This document shows positions 17,727 to 27,880 of a DNA stretch of 64,000 nt, one piece after another; position 1 is the first letter of the stretch; every line of letters starts with the position of its first letter. Made by a program: the position numbers and the translations under genes. Source of the DNA: Candidatus Eiseniibacteriota bacterium (GTDB lineage: Bacteria > Eisenbacteria > RBG-16-71-46); the NCBI GenBank assembly GCA_038231135.1, contig JBBRLX010000009.1, positions 54,222-118,221 on the forward strand. Direction: 5' to 3'. Under the pieces are notes generated by a model. The model was given only the letters and a program-made list of their open reading frames with translations. It ran no database searches and was not told where the DNA came from.

Positions 17727-19303
17727 GGGCGCTCCTCGGCTCCGGGCTGGCGTTCGCCGCCCGGGGCGATGGGGGGAATGCGGCGTTCGGGTCCGATCAC
17801 GTCGAAGCGGCGTGGCTCGGTGGTTTCGGTCGTGCGTTCGGCCGGCGACGGCTCGGTCATCGGCGACAGCCGCACCACGAGCCCCTGCACGTCGCGCAGA
17901 TCCTCGTCGAGCCTGAGTACCAGGCGGTCGGCCGCGCGCGAGGCATGCTCGCCCGCCGCCGACAGCCGTTCCGCCTTGCGCGCCGCGTCCGAGATCATCT
18001 CGCGCACACGGTCGAGCGCCCGCAGCGTGCCAGGCGTGAACGCCGGCGCCGCAGGTACGGCCGCTGCCGGTGCCGTTGTCACGGGCAATTGCAGCGCCGC
18101 GAGCCGCGCGGTGACGAGCAGACGGACGGCCTGCATGCGCTCGCGGGCCTGCCGCACCTGCGCGGCTCCGTCGGCGGCGAGTTCCCGCACTCGATCGGTG
18201 GCCACGCGCGCCTCGCGGGCCAGCTGTTTGAGTTCGTCGGCGGACATCGCCGCCACGTCGGGTTCGCCGCGCCGCACCGCGACCAGCGCGTTGAGCGCGA
18301 TCAGCGTCGAGCGGTTGCCGAGCACGTGGACCTGGTCCGACAGCTCCTGCACGCGGCCGAGTCCCGCCGCCAGATCGTCGACGCTCCCGGACGCCGCCTC
18401 GACCAGCTCGCGGAACGCATCGGTCACGACCTCCATGCTCCCCGTCACCGGTGTCGCTGCGGGCGTGCGCTCGGGGACGGATGGCACGGCGTGGGCACCG
18501 AGCGCCAGGTGCAGCTCGGCGCCCAGGCGCTCGAGCTCCCGCACCGTGGTGAGCAGTGCGGTCACTTCGACGAAGCCGCGTTCCGACTGCTCGGCGGTCT
18601 CGCGCGCGATTCGTACGGCGTCCGCGATGCCGGCTTCCACCTGGCGGGCGGCCTCCTCGTTCTGCTCGTCCACCTCGATGCGCCGGGTGATGCCGTGGTT
18701 CAGCACCGCGGTCAGCTCCGCGAGCGCGCCGGCGGCGGGCAGCCGGGACCAGCGTTCGGTCTCGATCCAGTACTGCACCCGCTGGCGTGTGTCGTCGAGC
18801 TGCCGTTCGAGCAACTGGAGCTGATCGGCCGAGCGAACGGCCTGGCGGTATCGGGTGATCAAGGCACTCACATGATTCCTGAGGTCGGACAACTCTCCCC
18901 AACCGGACGCCGAGAACGGATCGAGCAGCGGCGTCGAGTCGGCGGCACGCGTGCTCGTGGTGAGCCGGCGGACGCGCGACACCACGCCCCGGTCGATCCA
19001 TGCGGCAGCGGCCAGCGCCACGACGAAACTCGCGATCGCGATGATTCCCAGCCTGAGACCCGCGGGGTCACGCAGGAACGCGACCGGATCGGGCCACCCA
19101 TTCCACATCACCCATGCCAGCCCGGCGACGGTGACGAGCGAGCCCGCGAGCGTGCCCACCCACAGCCGCAAGCGCAGACCGGCCCGCGACGGCAGCGCGG
19201 ATCCGGCCCCCTGGGCGCCGGACTCGTCCGGCGCGGTCACGAGCTCGGCTCGCAACCGGCGATGCTGTTGGAGTGCTTCACGATCTCCGTCTTCGCAAGA
19301 CAC
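17723..19303 (-). CDS. Divergent methyl-accepting-chemotaxis-like membrane protein
   Basis: Two TM helices, a HAMP-like segment, and tip LGNRSTLIALNALVAVRRGE...ADELKQLA compared with the MCP consensus [21 protein letters not shown]...ADEVRKLA. Start uncertain. Confidence 0.65.
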   Translation of the reverse strand: MSCEDGDREALQQHRRLRAELVTAPDESGAQGAGSALPSRAGLRLRLWVGTLAGSLVTVAGLAWVMWNGWPDPVAFLRDPAGLRLGIIAIASFVVALAAAAWIDRGVVSRVRRLTTSTRAADSTPLLDPFSASGWGELSDLRNHVSALITRYRQAVRSADQLQLLERQLDDTRQRVQYWIETERWSRLPAAGALAELTAVLNHGITRRIEVDEQNEEAARQVEAGIADAVRIARETAEQSERGFVEVTALLTTVRELERLGAELHLALGAHAVPSVPERTPAATPVTGSMEVVTDAFRELVEAASGSVDDLAAGLGRVQELSDQVHVLGNRSTLIALNALVAVRRGEPDVAAMSADELKQLAREARVATDRVRELAADGAAQVRQARERMQAVRLLVTARLAALQLPVTTAPAAAVPAAPAFTPGTLRALDRVREMISDAARKAERLSAAGEHASRAADRLVLRLDEDLRDVQGLVVRLSPMTEPSPAERTTETTEPRRFDVIGPERRIPPIAPGGERQPGAEERP

Positions 19304-19698
19304 ATGCCCTGCGGGGCGCAGACGCGGTTCCGCAGCATGGGTTCGGGTCAGTAACAAGGGGACCATGCCGCGCGTGCAAAGCGCAACGGCGTTCGCGTTT
19401 CGCGGGTTCACCGGCATTTGACTGGCACCATTGCACCTGCGTGGCAATCGCCGCCACGAGCCGCCATTGAGGCCCGTGAAACCATTGCGGGTTCGATGCA
19501 CCTGAGGCTCGCGACTCGCACGGTCAACCGCGCACCGGGTGGCGTGCCCGCGAGGTGCGTAATTCGGGTCGGTTCCCCCACGCCCTGCGCCAGGTCACAC
19601 CAAGTGCGCTTCACCATGAGGGTTCTGTGCCGCGTCCGATTCGACCGTGCAATGCCGTCGCGCCGTGTTCGCAGCAGCTTGGGGCAAATCACGACCGG

Positions 19699-19714
19699 TG
19701 GCACGCGCGATGCA
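19699..19714 (+). promoter_or_regulatory. Putative sigma54 (-24/-12) promoter
   Basis: TGGCACGCGCGATGCA (GG-N10-GC), about 70 nt upstream of ATG 19783. Confidence 0.55.
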
Positions 19715-19782
19715 CTGATCCGGGTCAGAACCCTTCCACCGTGCACTCGGTGAAAGACGACCCGCTCCGAAAGGTGTCGCAC

Positions 19783-20547
19783 ATGAATCCGCGTCACTAT
19801 GTCGACCTCAAGGATACGAGCCGGGAGCTGCAGCCCACGTATTACTTCATGATCAACTGCCTGCTCTACAGCAGGATGGAGACCGGGCTCGTCTCCAATC
19901 AGGACTTCTACGACGAGGACGTGAACGTCTATCTGGCGCACCTCCTCCACTCGTTCATCAATCCCGAATACGTCGAGCAGTCACGCAAGTTCCTGTCGAA
20001 GTACGACAGCGACGTGTTCCGGCGCATGTCGACCTCCACCGACGCGCGGCTGAAGTACCTGATCTACAAGACCAACGCGGACTTCCTCCTGGTGTCGATC
20101 GGGATCTTCGACAACGCGAATGCGGCCGAAACGCATCGCAGCAAGCTGCAGCCCAGCGAAGAGGCGTACATCGGGCGCGGCAAGACGTACTACCACTTCG
20201 CCTACTCCTACGCGCAGCAGGTGCATCGCAAGAACGCCGGCGTGTCGGAGGTGCTCGAGAAGCTGTCGGTCGGCTTCGACAAGTACATCCGGATCCTGTC
20301 GCACATGCGTGGCGAATACCTGGATCTGATGCGGCGGCTGTCGAGCGGCGAGGTCTACCACCTCGAGCGTTCGGTGGACGAGCACCAGCAGCAGGAGATG
20401 CTGCGCGTGAAGCAGGACGAGCTGCTCGAGCTCTACACCCGGTGGCGCGACGAGCCGTCGAAGGAGACCGAGCTCAACCTCGAACGCGTGGTGAGCGAGA
20501 TCCGGATGCTGAATCCCGAATTCAAGTTCGAGCTGCCGAAGATCTGA
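19783..20547 (+). CDS. Hypothetical cytoplasmic protein, mainly helical
   Basis: 254 aa with strong host-like GC3 codon bias; AAAGGTG RBS; no family recognised. Confidence 0.8.
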   Translation: MNPRHYVDLKDTSRELQPTYYFMINCLLYSRMETGLVSNQDFYDEDVNVYLAHLLHSFINPEYVEQSRKFLSKYDSDVFRRMSTSTDARLKYLIYKTNADFLLVSIGIFDNANAAETHRSKLQPSEEAYIGRGKTYYHFAYSYAQQVHRKNAGVSEVLEKLSVGFDKYIRILSHMRGEYLDLMRRLSSGEVYHLERSVDEHQQQEMLRVKQDELLELYTRWRDEPSKETELNLERVVSEIRMLNPEFKFELPKI

Positions 20548-20570
20548 CGTCCATACCGACATCCGTAGAT

Positions 20571-20610
20571 CGACGGAGCCCGCGATGCGCAATCATCGGC
20601 GGCTCCGTTG
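20571..20610. terminator. Hairpin between convergent genes
   Basis: CGACGGAGCC...GGCTCCGTTG stem. Confidence 0.5.
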
Positions 20611-20646
20611 TTCATTCCAGGCGGCGGTGCTGCTGCCGAGCCGTAG

Positions 20647-22134
<1,488 letters not shown>

Positions 22135-22201
22135 GCCTTCACCGTCTTCCGTAGGACGGGCCCGCCGCGACCGCACGGGCTCGCGGAACTGCCCTCAAGG
22201 G

Positions 22202-22927
22202 TCAGGGGCTCGGCAACGCCCCCGGCGCACTGGCGTCCTTCTTCTTGCCGAAGTTCGGAACGAAGTAGTAGGTCGCGCCGAACCGGACCCCCACGTCGGT
22301 CAGCTTCGAATCGAAGCCCGACGGGAACTGCTCGGCGCGCTCGGCGAACACGTAGTGGGCACCGACCGAGAGCTCGAGGCTGGTCGAGGACAGCGACTTG
22401 AGGAACTTCTCGACGCCGATCTGCACCGTGGCGCCGGGGTAGACCCCGCGATGGAGCTTCTTCGAGAGCGGGTCCTTGAGCACCTTGCGATGGTTCTCAA
22501 TCCACACCCGGTAGGCCCCGGGGCCGCCGCCGGCATAGAACAGCCAGCTGCCGTGGCTCTTGGTGAACTGGAGCTGCGCCGTCATCGGCAGCAGCAGCGT
22601 CAGGTAGTCGGCCTTGGTGCTGTCGGACGGGAAATTGGGGTCACGGAACGGCGCCGGCTCCTTCTTGAGATAACCCGCCCACGTGAATTCCGGGCTGAGC
22701 TGCCAGCGCAGCCAGGGAGCGAGCGCGTAGCGCCAGCTGGCGCTGAACATCAGGCGGGACTTGGCGCCGGCGGAATAGTCCGCGTCGCCGATCACCGAAG
22801 CGCCGCCCACCTGGAAGCTGATGCCACCCTTGCCGGCGCGATAGCCCGCGTCGTCGGCCCGGGACACGGCAGCAATCGCGAGCAGCGCCGCTACGGCGAA
22901 GCCCACCCAGCGGATACGAGCATTCAT
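22202..22927 (-). CDS. Outer-membrane beta-barrel protein (OMP_b-brl-like)
   Basis: Signal peptide, alternating beta strands, VGVRFGATYYF near the C-terminus. Confidence 0.65.
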   Translation of the reverse strand: MNARIRWVGFAVAALLAIAAVSRADDAGYRAGKGGISFQVGGASVIGDADYSAGAKSRLMFSASWRYALAPWLRWQLSPEFTWAGYLKKEPAPFRDPNFPSDSTKADYLTLLLPMTAQLQFTKSHGSWLFYAGGGPGAYRVWIENHRKVLKDPLSKKLHRGVYPGATVQIGVEKFLKSLSSTSLELSVGAHYVFAERAEQFPSGFDSKLTDVGVRFGATYYFVPNFGKKKDASAPGALPSP

Positions 22928-22992
22928 GGGAAAAGGCAGCTCCTGTTCCGGACGGAAGAAACGGGGAAGGGCCCGGTGCGACGGAGCGCGGC

Positions 22993-23022
22993 ACTATAGG
23001 AGAGCGCTTCCGCAAGTGTCAA
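22993..23022 (-). promoter_or_regulatory. Sigma70 promoter for OMP-guaB
   Basis: TTGACA-N18-TATAGT on the minus strand. Confidence 0.65.
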
Positions 23023-23080
23023 TCGTCGCAGCAATTGGTGCCGTTCCAAAGCAGGATGACCCCGTTCACTCCAAAGTGAT

Positions 23081-23126
23081 TCTGTCCCCCCCCTTAAGGA
23101 CCCCTCTGCCCCCCCTTCAGGACCCA
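23081..23126. repeat. Imperfect tandem repeat, 2 x about 24 bp, C-rich
   Basis: TCTGTCCCCCCCCTTAAGGACCCC / TCTGCCCCCCCTTCAGGACCCA. Confidence 0.6.
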
Positions 23127-23398
23127 CCATGTCGCCGCCGGTGTCGATGCGGGGTCACAGGCGACGCACGCCGGACGGCGGCGAGGATGGGCAGCGTGCA
23201 ACCGCAGCGACTTGCGGCCGCATGGACCCGGGAACGCCACTTGCCCTGTCTGGCATCGCAGTCCACCGGGATCCCGCCTCGACTCCTCGAAACCCATCCT
23301 CACCCCGACCCTCCCACCAAGACAGGCAACACCTCAATAGGGGCCGGCCGCCAACCGGCCCCTGTCCCGGCCCGTCACGCCCGGCACCGGCGCATTCG

Positions 23399-23428
23399 TT
23401 GACACCCTGTCTCCGGCGCCCGTAGACT
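23399..23428 (+). promoter_or_regulatory. Sigma70 promoter for secDF
   Basis: TTGACA-N18-TAGACT. Confidence 0.6.
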
Positions 23429-23525
23429 GCCCGCCTCATTTTGCCTCAACACCTTAGCGGCGTCCGCCCGTTGGGCAGGGACGCTCGTTTCCGTTGCGCC
23501 CGCGCCAACTCTCTGGAGACATTCG

Positions 23526-25091
23526 ATGACCCGCGATCAATGGCGGCTGCTCGGCGTACTGGTGGCGACCGTGGCCTCGTTCTGGCTGCTCTACCCGTCC
23601 TACCGCTATTACTCGCTGTCGCCCGCGCAGCGCCAGGCTCTGCCGCCCCTCGAGTTGGCGAAAGTTCGCGCCAAGGCGATCCATCTGGGGCTCGACCTCC
23701 AGGGCGGCATGCACCTCGTGCTCGAAGTCGACCGCTCGAAGCTCAACGCCGTCGAGGCCAAGGACGCCACGGATCGCGCGATGGAGATCATCCGCAACCG
23801 CGTCGACCAGTTCGGCGTCGCGGAGCCGCTGATCCAGCGCGAGGGTGAGGATCGCATCACCGTGCAGCTTCCCGGCCTGACCGATCGCCAGCGCGCAATG
23901 GATCTGATCGGCAAGACGGCGCTGCTCGAATTCAAGCTCGTCCGCACGTCGGAAGAGGCGCAGAACGTGTTCCAGCGCCTCGACGCCTACCTGGTGTCGC
24001 GCGGCGCCGGCGCCCAGCTCCCCGATTCCGCGCTGCGCCGGATTCCGCTGACCGGGCACTTCCTCGGCGCCGAGGGCAACGCGGCGTTCGTGCGTGACCA
24101 GGACGCGCCGACCGTCGAGCGACTGCTGGCCACCGCCGGTCTCGACTCGATCATCCCGAACGATTCACAGCTGGCCTGGAGCGGCACCGAGGTGTCGGGC
24201 GGTGCGTCGGGCCGGTATCTGTACGTGCTCAAGCGGGAGCCCGAGATGAGCGGCGGGTCGGTCGCCGCCGCCGAGGCGCGCGTCGGCCTCGAGCAGACGA
24301 ATCCGGGCGCCTGGGGCGTGAGCATGAAGATGACGCCCAAGGGCCGCGCCGACTTCGCGCGCGTCACCGGCAACAACGTCGGCCGCCAGCTCGCGATCGT
24401 GCTCGACGGCGTGGTCAGCTCGGCGCCCAACATCCGCGAGCGGATCCCGTCGGGCGACGCCTCGATCACGGGCAGCTTCGACCTCGCGGGCTCCAAGGAC
24501 CTGGCGATCGTGCTGCGGGCGGGCGCCCTGCCGGCGCCGGTGCGGATCATCGAAGAGCGCTCCGTCGGACCGTCGCTGGGCTCGGACTCGATCCAGGAGG
24601 GCCTGCGCGCCGGCTGGATCGGCACGCTGCTCGTCGTCGTGTTCATGGCGGTCTACTACCAGCTGTCGGGCATCGTCGCGATCATCGCCATGGTGCTCAA
24701 CGTGTTCTACCTGATCGCGTGCATGGCGGGGTTCGGCGCCACCATGACGCTGCCGGGCCTGGCGGGCATCGTGCTCACCATCGGAATCTCGGTGGATGCG
24801 AACGTGCTGATCTTCGAGCGCATCCGCGAGGAGATGCGCAGCGGCAAGAGTATCCGGCAGGCCGTCGAGCTCGGCTACGACCGCGCGTTCCGCACCATCC
24901 TCGACGCCCACGTCACCACGCTCATCAGCGCGCTGTTCCTGTTCCAGTTCGGCACCGGGCCCATCAAGGGCTTCGCGGTGACGCTGTCCATCGGCATCAT
25001 CGCCAACATGTTCACCGCGGTGCTGTTCACCCGCATGATCTTCGACTACTGGCTGAGCCGCGGGGGCAAGACCCAGCGGATCAGCATCTAG
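23526..25091 (+). CDS. secD: Protein translocase subunit SecD
   Basis: LGLDLQGG, RVDQFGVAEP, LRAGALPAP, VGPSLG, VDANVLIFERIREE. Confidence 0.97.
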   Translation: MTRDQWRLLGVLVATVASFWLLYPSYRYYSLSPAQRQALPPLELAKVRAKAIHLGLDLQGGMHLVLEVDRSKLNAVEAKDATDRAMEIIRNRVDQFGVAEPLIQREGEDRITVQLPGLTDRQRAMDLIGKTALLEFKLVRTSEEAQNVFQRLDAYLVSRGAGAQLPDSALRRIPLTGHFLGAEGNAAFVRDQDAPTVERLLATAGLDSIIPNDSQLAWSGTEVSGGASGRYLYVLKREPEMSGGSVAAAEARVGLEQTNPGAWGVSMKMTPKGRADFARVTGNNVGRQLAIVLDGVVSSAPNIRERIPSGDASITGSFDLAGSKDLAIVLRAGALPAPVRIIEERSVGPSLGSDSIQEGLRAGWIGTLLVVVFMAVYYQLSGIVAIIAMVLNVFYLIACMAGFGATMTLPGLAGIVLTIGISVDANVLIFERIREEMRSGKSIRQAVELGYDRAFRTILDAHVTTLISALFLFQFGTGPIKGFAVTLSIGIIANMFTAVLFTRMIFDYWLSRGGKTQRISI

Positions 25092-25101
25092 AGGCGTCCC
25101 C

Positions 25102-26022
25102 ATGTTTCAGATGCTGATCGGAACCAACGTTCCATTCATGAAGTTCCGCCGCTACACGTATTTCTTCTCGGGCGCGCTGATCCTCGCGACCGCGGTGTGG
25201 CTCGTGATCCACGGCGGCCCGCGCTATTCGGTGGACTTCACCGGCGGCACGCTGCTGCAGGTCCGCCTGGGCAAGGTGCTGGCCGCCGACCAGGTGCGCT
25301 CGGCGCTCGACGCGGGCGGGCTCAAGAGCTTCGAGCTCCAGCAGATGACCGGCGACCATCGCGACGAATACCTGATCCGGCTGCGGCCCGCCGAGGCCCA
25401 CGTGGATCCGTTCCCGCAGGTCCAGCGGGCGATCGAGGCCAAATTCCCGGGCACCCCGGTCGAGCTGCGCCGCACCGAGCAGGTGGGCCCCAAGGTCGGC
25501 AAGGAGTTGCAGCAGAAGGCGGTGTGGGCGGTGGTGGGCAGCCTGCTGGGGATTCTCCTTTACGTGGGCATCCGTTATGAGTTCAAATTTGCTCTGGGAG
25601 CCGTCGTGGCGCTGTTCCACGACGTATTCGTGACGCTGGGGCTCCTGTGCTTCACCGGGCGTGAGGTGTCGCTGACCGTGGTGGCGGCATTGCTGACGAT
25701 CGCCGGCTACTCGATCAACGACACGATCGTGGTCTTCGACCGCATCCGGGAGCGGTCCAAAGCGCTGCGCAAGGAAAAGCATTCGCGCGCCATGGACATC
25801 GCCGTCAACGAAACGCTGTCCCGCACCATCATCACTTCGCTGACCGTGTTCCTCACGGCGTGCTCGCTGTTCATCTGGGGCGGCGAGGTGCTGCGGGACT
25901 TCTCGTTCGCGATGCTGGTGGGCGTGGGTTTCGGAACCTACTCCTCGGTATACGTCGCGAGCGCGCTGGCGCTCGACATCTGGATCAGCCTCGATCGCCG
26001 CAAGGGCATCTCGGCCGAATAA
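25102..26022 (+). CDS. secF: Protein translocase subunit SecF
   Basis: VDFTGG, VGPKVG, HDV, GYSINDTIVVFDRIRE, GTYSS. Confidence 0.97.
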   Translation: MFQMLIGTNVPFMKFRRYTYFFSGALILATAVWLVIHGGPRYSVDFTGGTLLQVRLGKVLAADQVRSALDAGGLKSFELQQMTGDHRDEYLIRLRPAEAHVDPFPQVQRAIEAKFPGTPVELRRTEQVGPKVGKELQQKAVWAVVGSLLGILLYVGIRYEFKFALGAVVALFHDVFVTLGLLCFTGREVSLTVVAALLTIAGYSINDTIVVFDRIRERSKALRKEKHSRAMDIAVNETLSRTIITSLTVFLTACSLFIWGGEVLRDFSFAMLVGVGFGTYSSVYVASALALDIWISLDRRKGISAE

Positions 26023-26039
26023 GCCGGGCAAGGAGCTTC

Positions 26040-27050
26040 ATGAACGTTCGCACGCGTCTTTCGCTCGCGGTCACCTCGGCCGCGGCGCTGGCCATGACCG
26101 CCCTGTTCATCGTGTCGTGCTCGAAGCACCTGACCGGGGTGGATCCGAGCTTCTCGACCCCCGAGGGCACGGCGTCCAGCCTGTCCCGGCTCATCGTATG
26201 GCGTTCGGGCCCCAACACGGCCCTGCGCTACAAGGACATCCCGCCGATCGGCCCCGGCCCCGAGGACAACCTGCTGCGCAGCGTCGTCTATCGCCGCGAT
26301 CCGGTCGGCACCGTGCGCGGCGTCGTGCTCGACGGCACCTCGGCCTCGGAGTACCAGGTACTGCGCCGCGAGCAGAACGGCGGCCTGCGCGCCATCGAGG
26401 ACTTCATGTTTTCACCGGTGCGCCGCTGGCTGGACGGCAAGTGGGAGGCCTACGAATTCGCCGACACCCAGCCGATTCCGGGGCCGCGCTATATCGGCCG
26501 GGGCCTGATCGGCGGCGACATCGGCTCGCAGTCGCCGCTGTCGAACGAGGCCTCGCCCGACTCCGTGCCGCCGCTCGACATCCCGATCACGTTCCCGGGC
26601 GATACGACGATCCTGTGGAACGCCGTGCCGGGCGCCGCCTTCTACATCGCGCAGATCTACCAGCTGCGCCCGGTGGAGCCGGTCGTCAAGATCCTGAGCG
26701 GGTCGGCGGAGCCGCTCTACCTGGGGCAGTCGCGCGACTTCTTCCTCGGGTTCACGACCACGCCACAGCGGATCGGACACCATCAGCCGTTCGTCGGCAC
26801 CGTGCTCACCAACCGCGAGATGGTCCCCGGCCAGTACCTGGGCCGGGTGTCCGCGATCGATGCGGCGGGCCGGCTGATCGCCTACTCCTACGGCGATTCG
26901 GACAACGCGATCGACAACGACGAATACGAGCGGTTCGCGCTCGGCGCCGGCATCCTGCCACACGTGCTGCCGGTCGTCCGTGGCGGCGGCGGCGGCACCC
27001 TCGCCCAGCGGCATCCGCTGACCGGAATTCGCAAACCTCGAGGGTTCTGA
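26040..27050 (+). CDS. Hypothetical lipoprotein
   Basis: Signal peptide with lipobox IVSC; AAGGAG RBS before ATG 26040. Confidence 0.7.
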   Translation: MNVRTRLSLAVTSAAALAMTALFIVSCSKHLTGVDPSFSTPEGTASSLSRLIVWRSGPNTALRYKDIPPIGPGPEDNLLRSVVYRRDPVGTVRGVVLDGTSASEYQVLRREQNGGLRAIEDFMFSPVRRWLDGKWEAYEFADTQPIPGPRYIGRGLIGGDIGSQSPLSNEASPDSVPPLDIPITFPGDTTILWNAVPGAAFYIAQIYQLRPVEPVVKILSGSAEPLYLGQSRDFFLGFTTTPQRIGHHQPFVGTVLTNREMVPGQYLGRVSAIDAAGRLIAYSYGDSDNAIDNDEYERFALGAGILPHVLPVVRGGGGGTLAQRHPLTGIRKPRGF

Positions 27051-27120
27051 CGCCGGAAACCTCCGGACGAGCGCGGGACATTCCGTGCCTCCGGGGGGTG
27101 TACAATCGAGGGGCTCACAG

Positions 27121-27145
27121 GGCGCGGAGCAATCCGCGCCTTTTT
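27121..27145 (+). terminator. Intrinsic terminator
   Basis: GGCGCGGA-GCAA-TCCGCGCC-TTTTT. Confidence 0.7.
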
Positions 27146-27162
27146 GCATCTCAGGAGATGCC

Positions 27163-27849
27163 ATGAAGCTCCGTCGACTCACCCTGATCCTGGCCTGCCT
27201 GCTGCCGTTCGGCGCCCTCGCGGCGGCCGACCAGGTCGTGCCCCCCGGCGCCCGGGAGTTCGGGATCGCCCGCCTGAAATACGGCGGCGGCGGCGACTGG
27301 TACGAGGATCGCACTTCGCTCGTGAACCTGCTGCGGGCCGCCCGCGAGCGGCTCGGCATCTCCCTGGCGGGCGACCGGGAGGCCGTGGTCGAGCCCGGCT
27401 CGGCGACGCTCTACCAGTACCCCCTGGTGTTCGCCAGCGGGCACGGCAACATGAAGTTCACCGACGCGGAGGCGGCCAACCTGCGGCGCTACCTCGACAC
27501 CGGCGGCTTCCTGTGGGTGGACGATGACTTCGGCATCGACGTGTCGTTCCGGCGCGAAATGCACCGGATCTTCCCGGACGGGGCGTTGCTGGAACTGCCG
27601 TTTTCCCACGCTATTTTTCACGCCCATTACGACTTTCCCCGGGGATTGCCGAAAATACATGAGCACGACGGCGGACCGCCCAAGGCGTTCGGGATCATGC
27701 ACGACGGCCGCCTGGTGGTGCTCTACACGTTCGACACCGACCTGGGCGACGGCATCGAGGACGAGGAGGTCCATCACGATCCCCCCGAACTACGCGACGC
27801 CGCCATGCGGATGTCCTTGAACATCGTGCAGTACGTGCTCACCCATTGA
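27163..27849 (+). CDS. DUF4159 domain protein, secreted
   Basis: IARLKYGGGGDWY, GGFLWVDD, GLPKIHEHDG, DLGDG; AGGAG RBS. Confidence 0.88.
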   Translation: MKLRRLTLILACLLPFGALAAADQVVPPGAREFGIARLKYGGGGDWYEDRTSLVNLLRAARERLGISLAGDREAVVEPGSATLYQYPLVFASGHGNMKFTDAEAANLRRYLDTGGFLWVDDDFGIDVSFRREMHRIFPDGALLELPFSHAIFHAHYDFPRGLPKIHEHDGGPPKAFGIMHDGRLVVLYTFDTDLGDGIEDEEVHHDPPELRDAAMRMSLNIVQYVLTH

Positions 27850-27880
27850 CCCACCCGAACCGCGGCTCGACAGCGACCTC

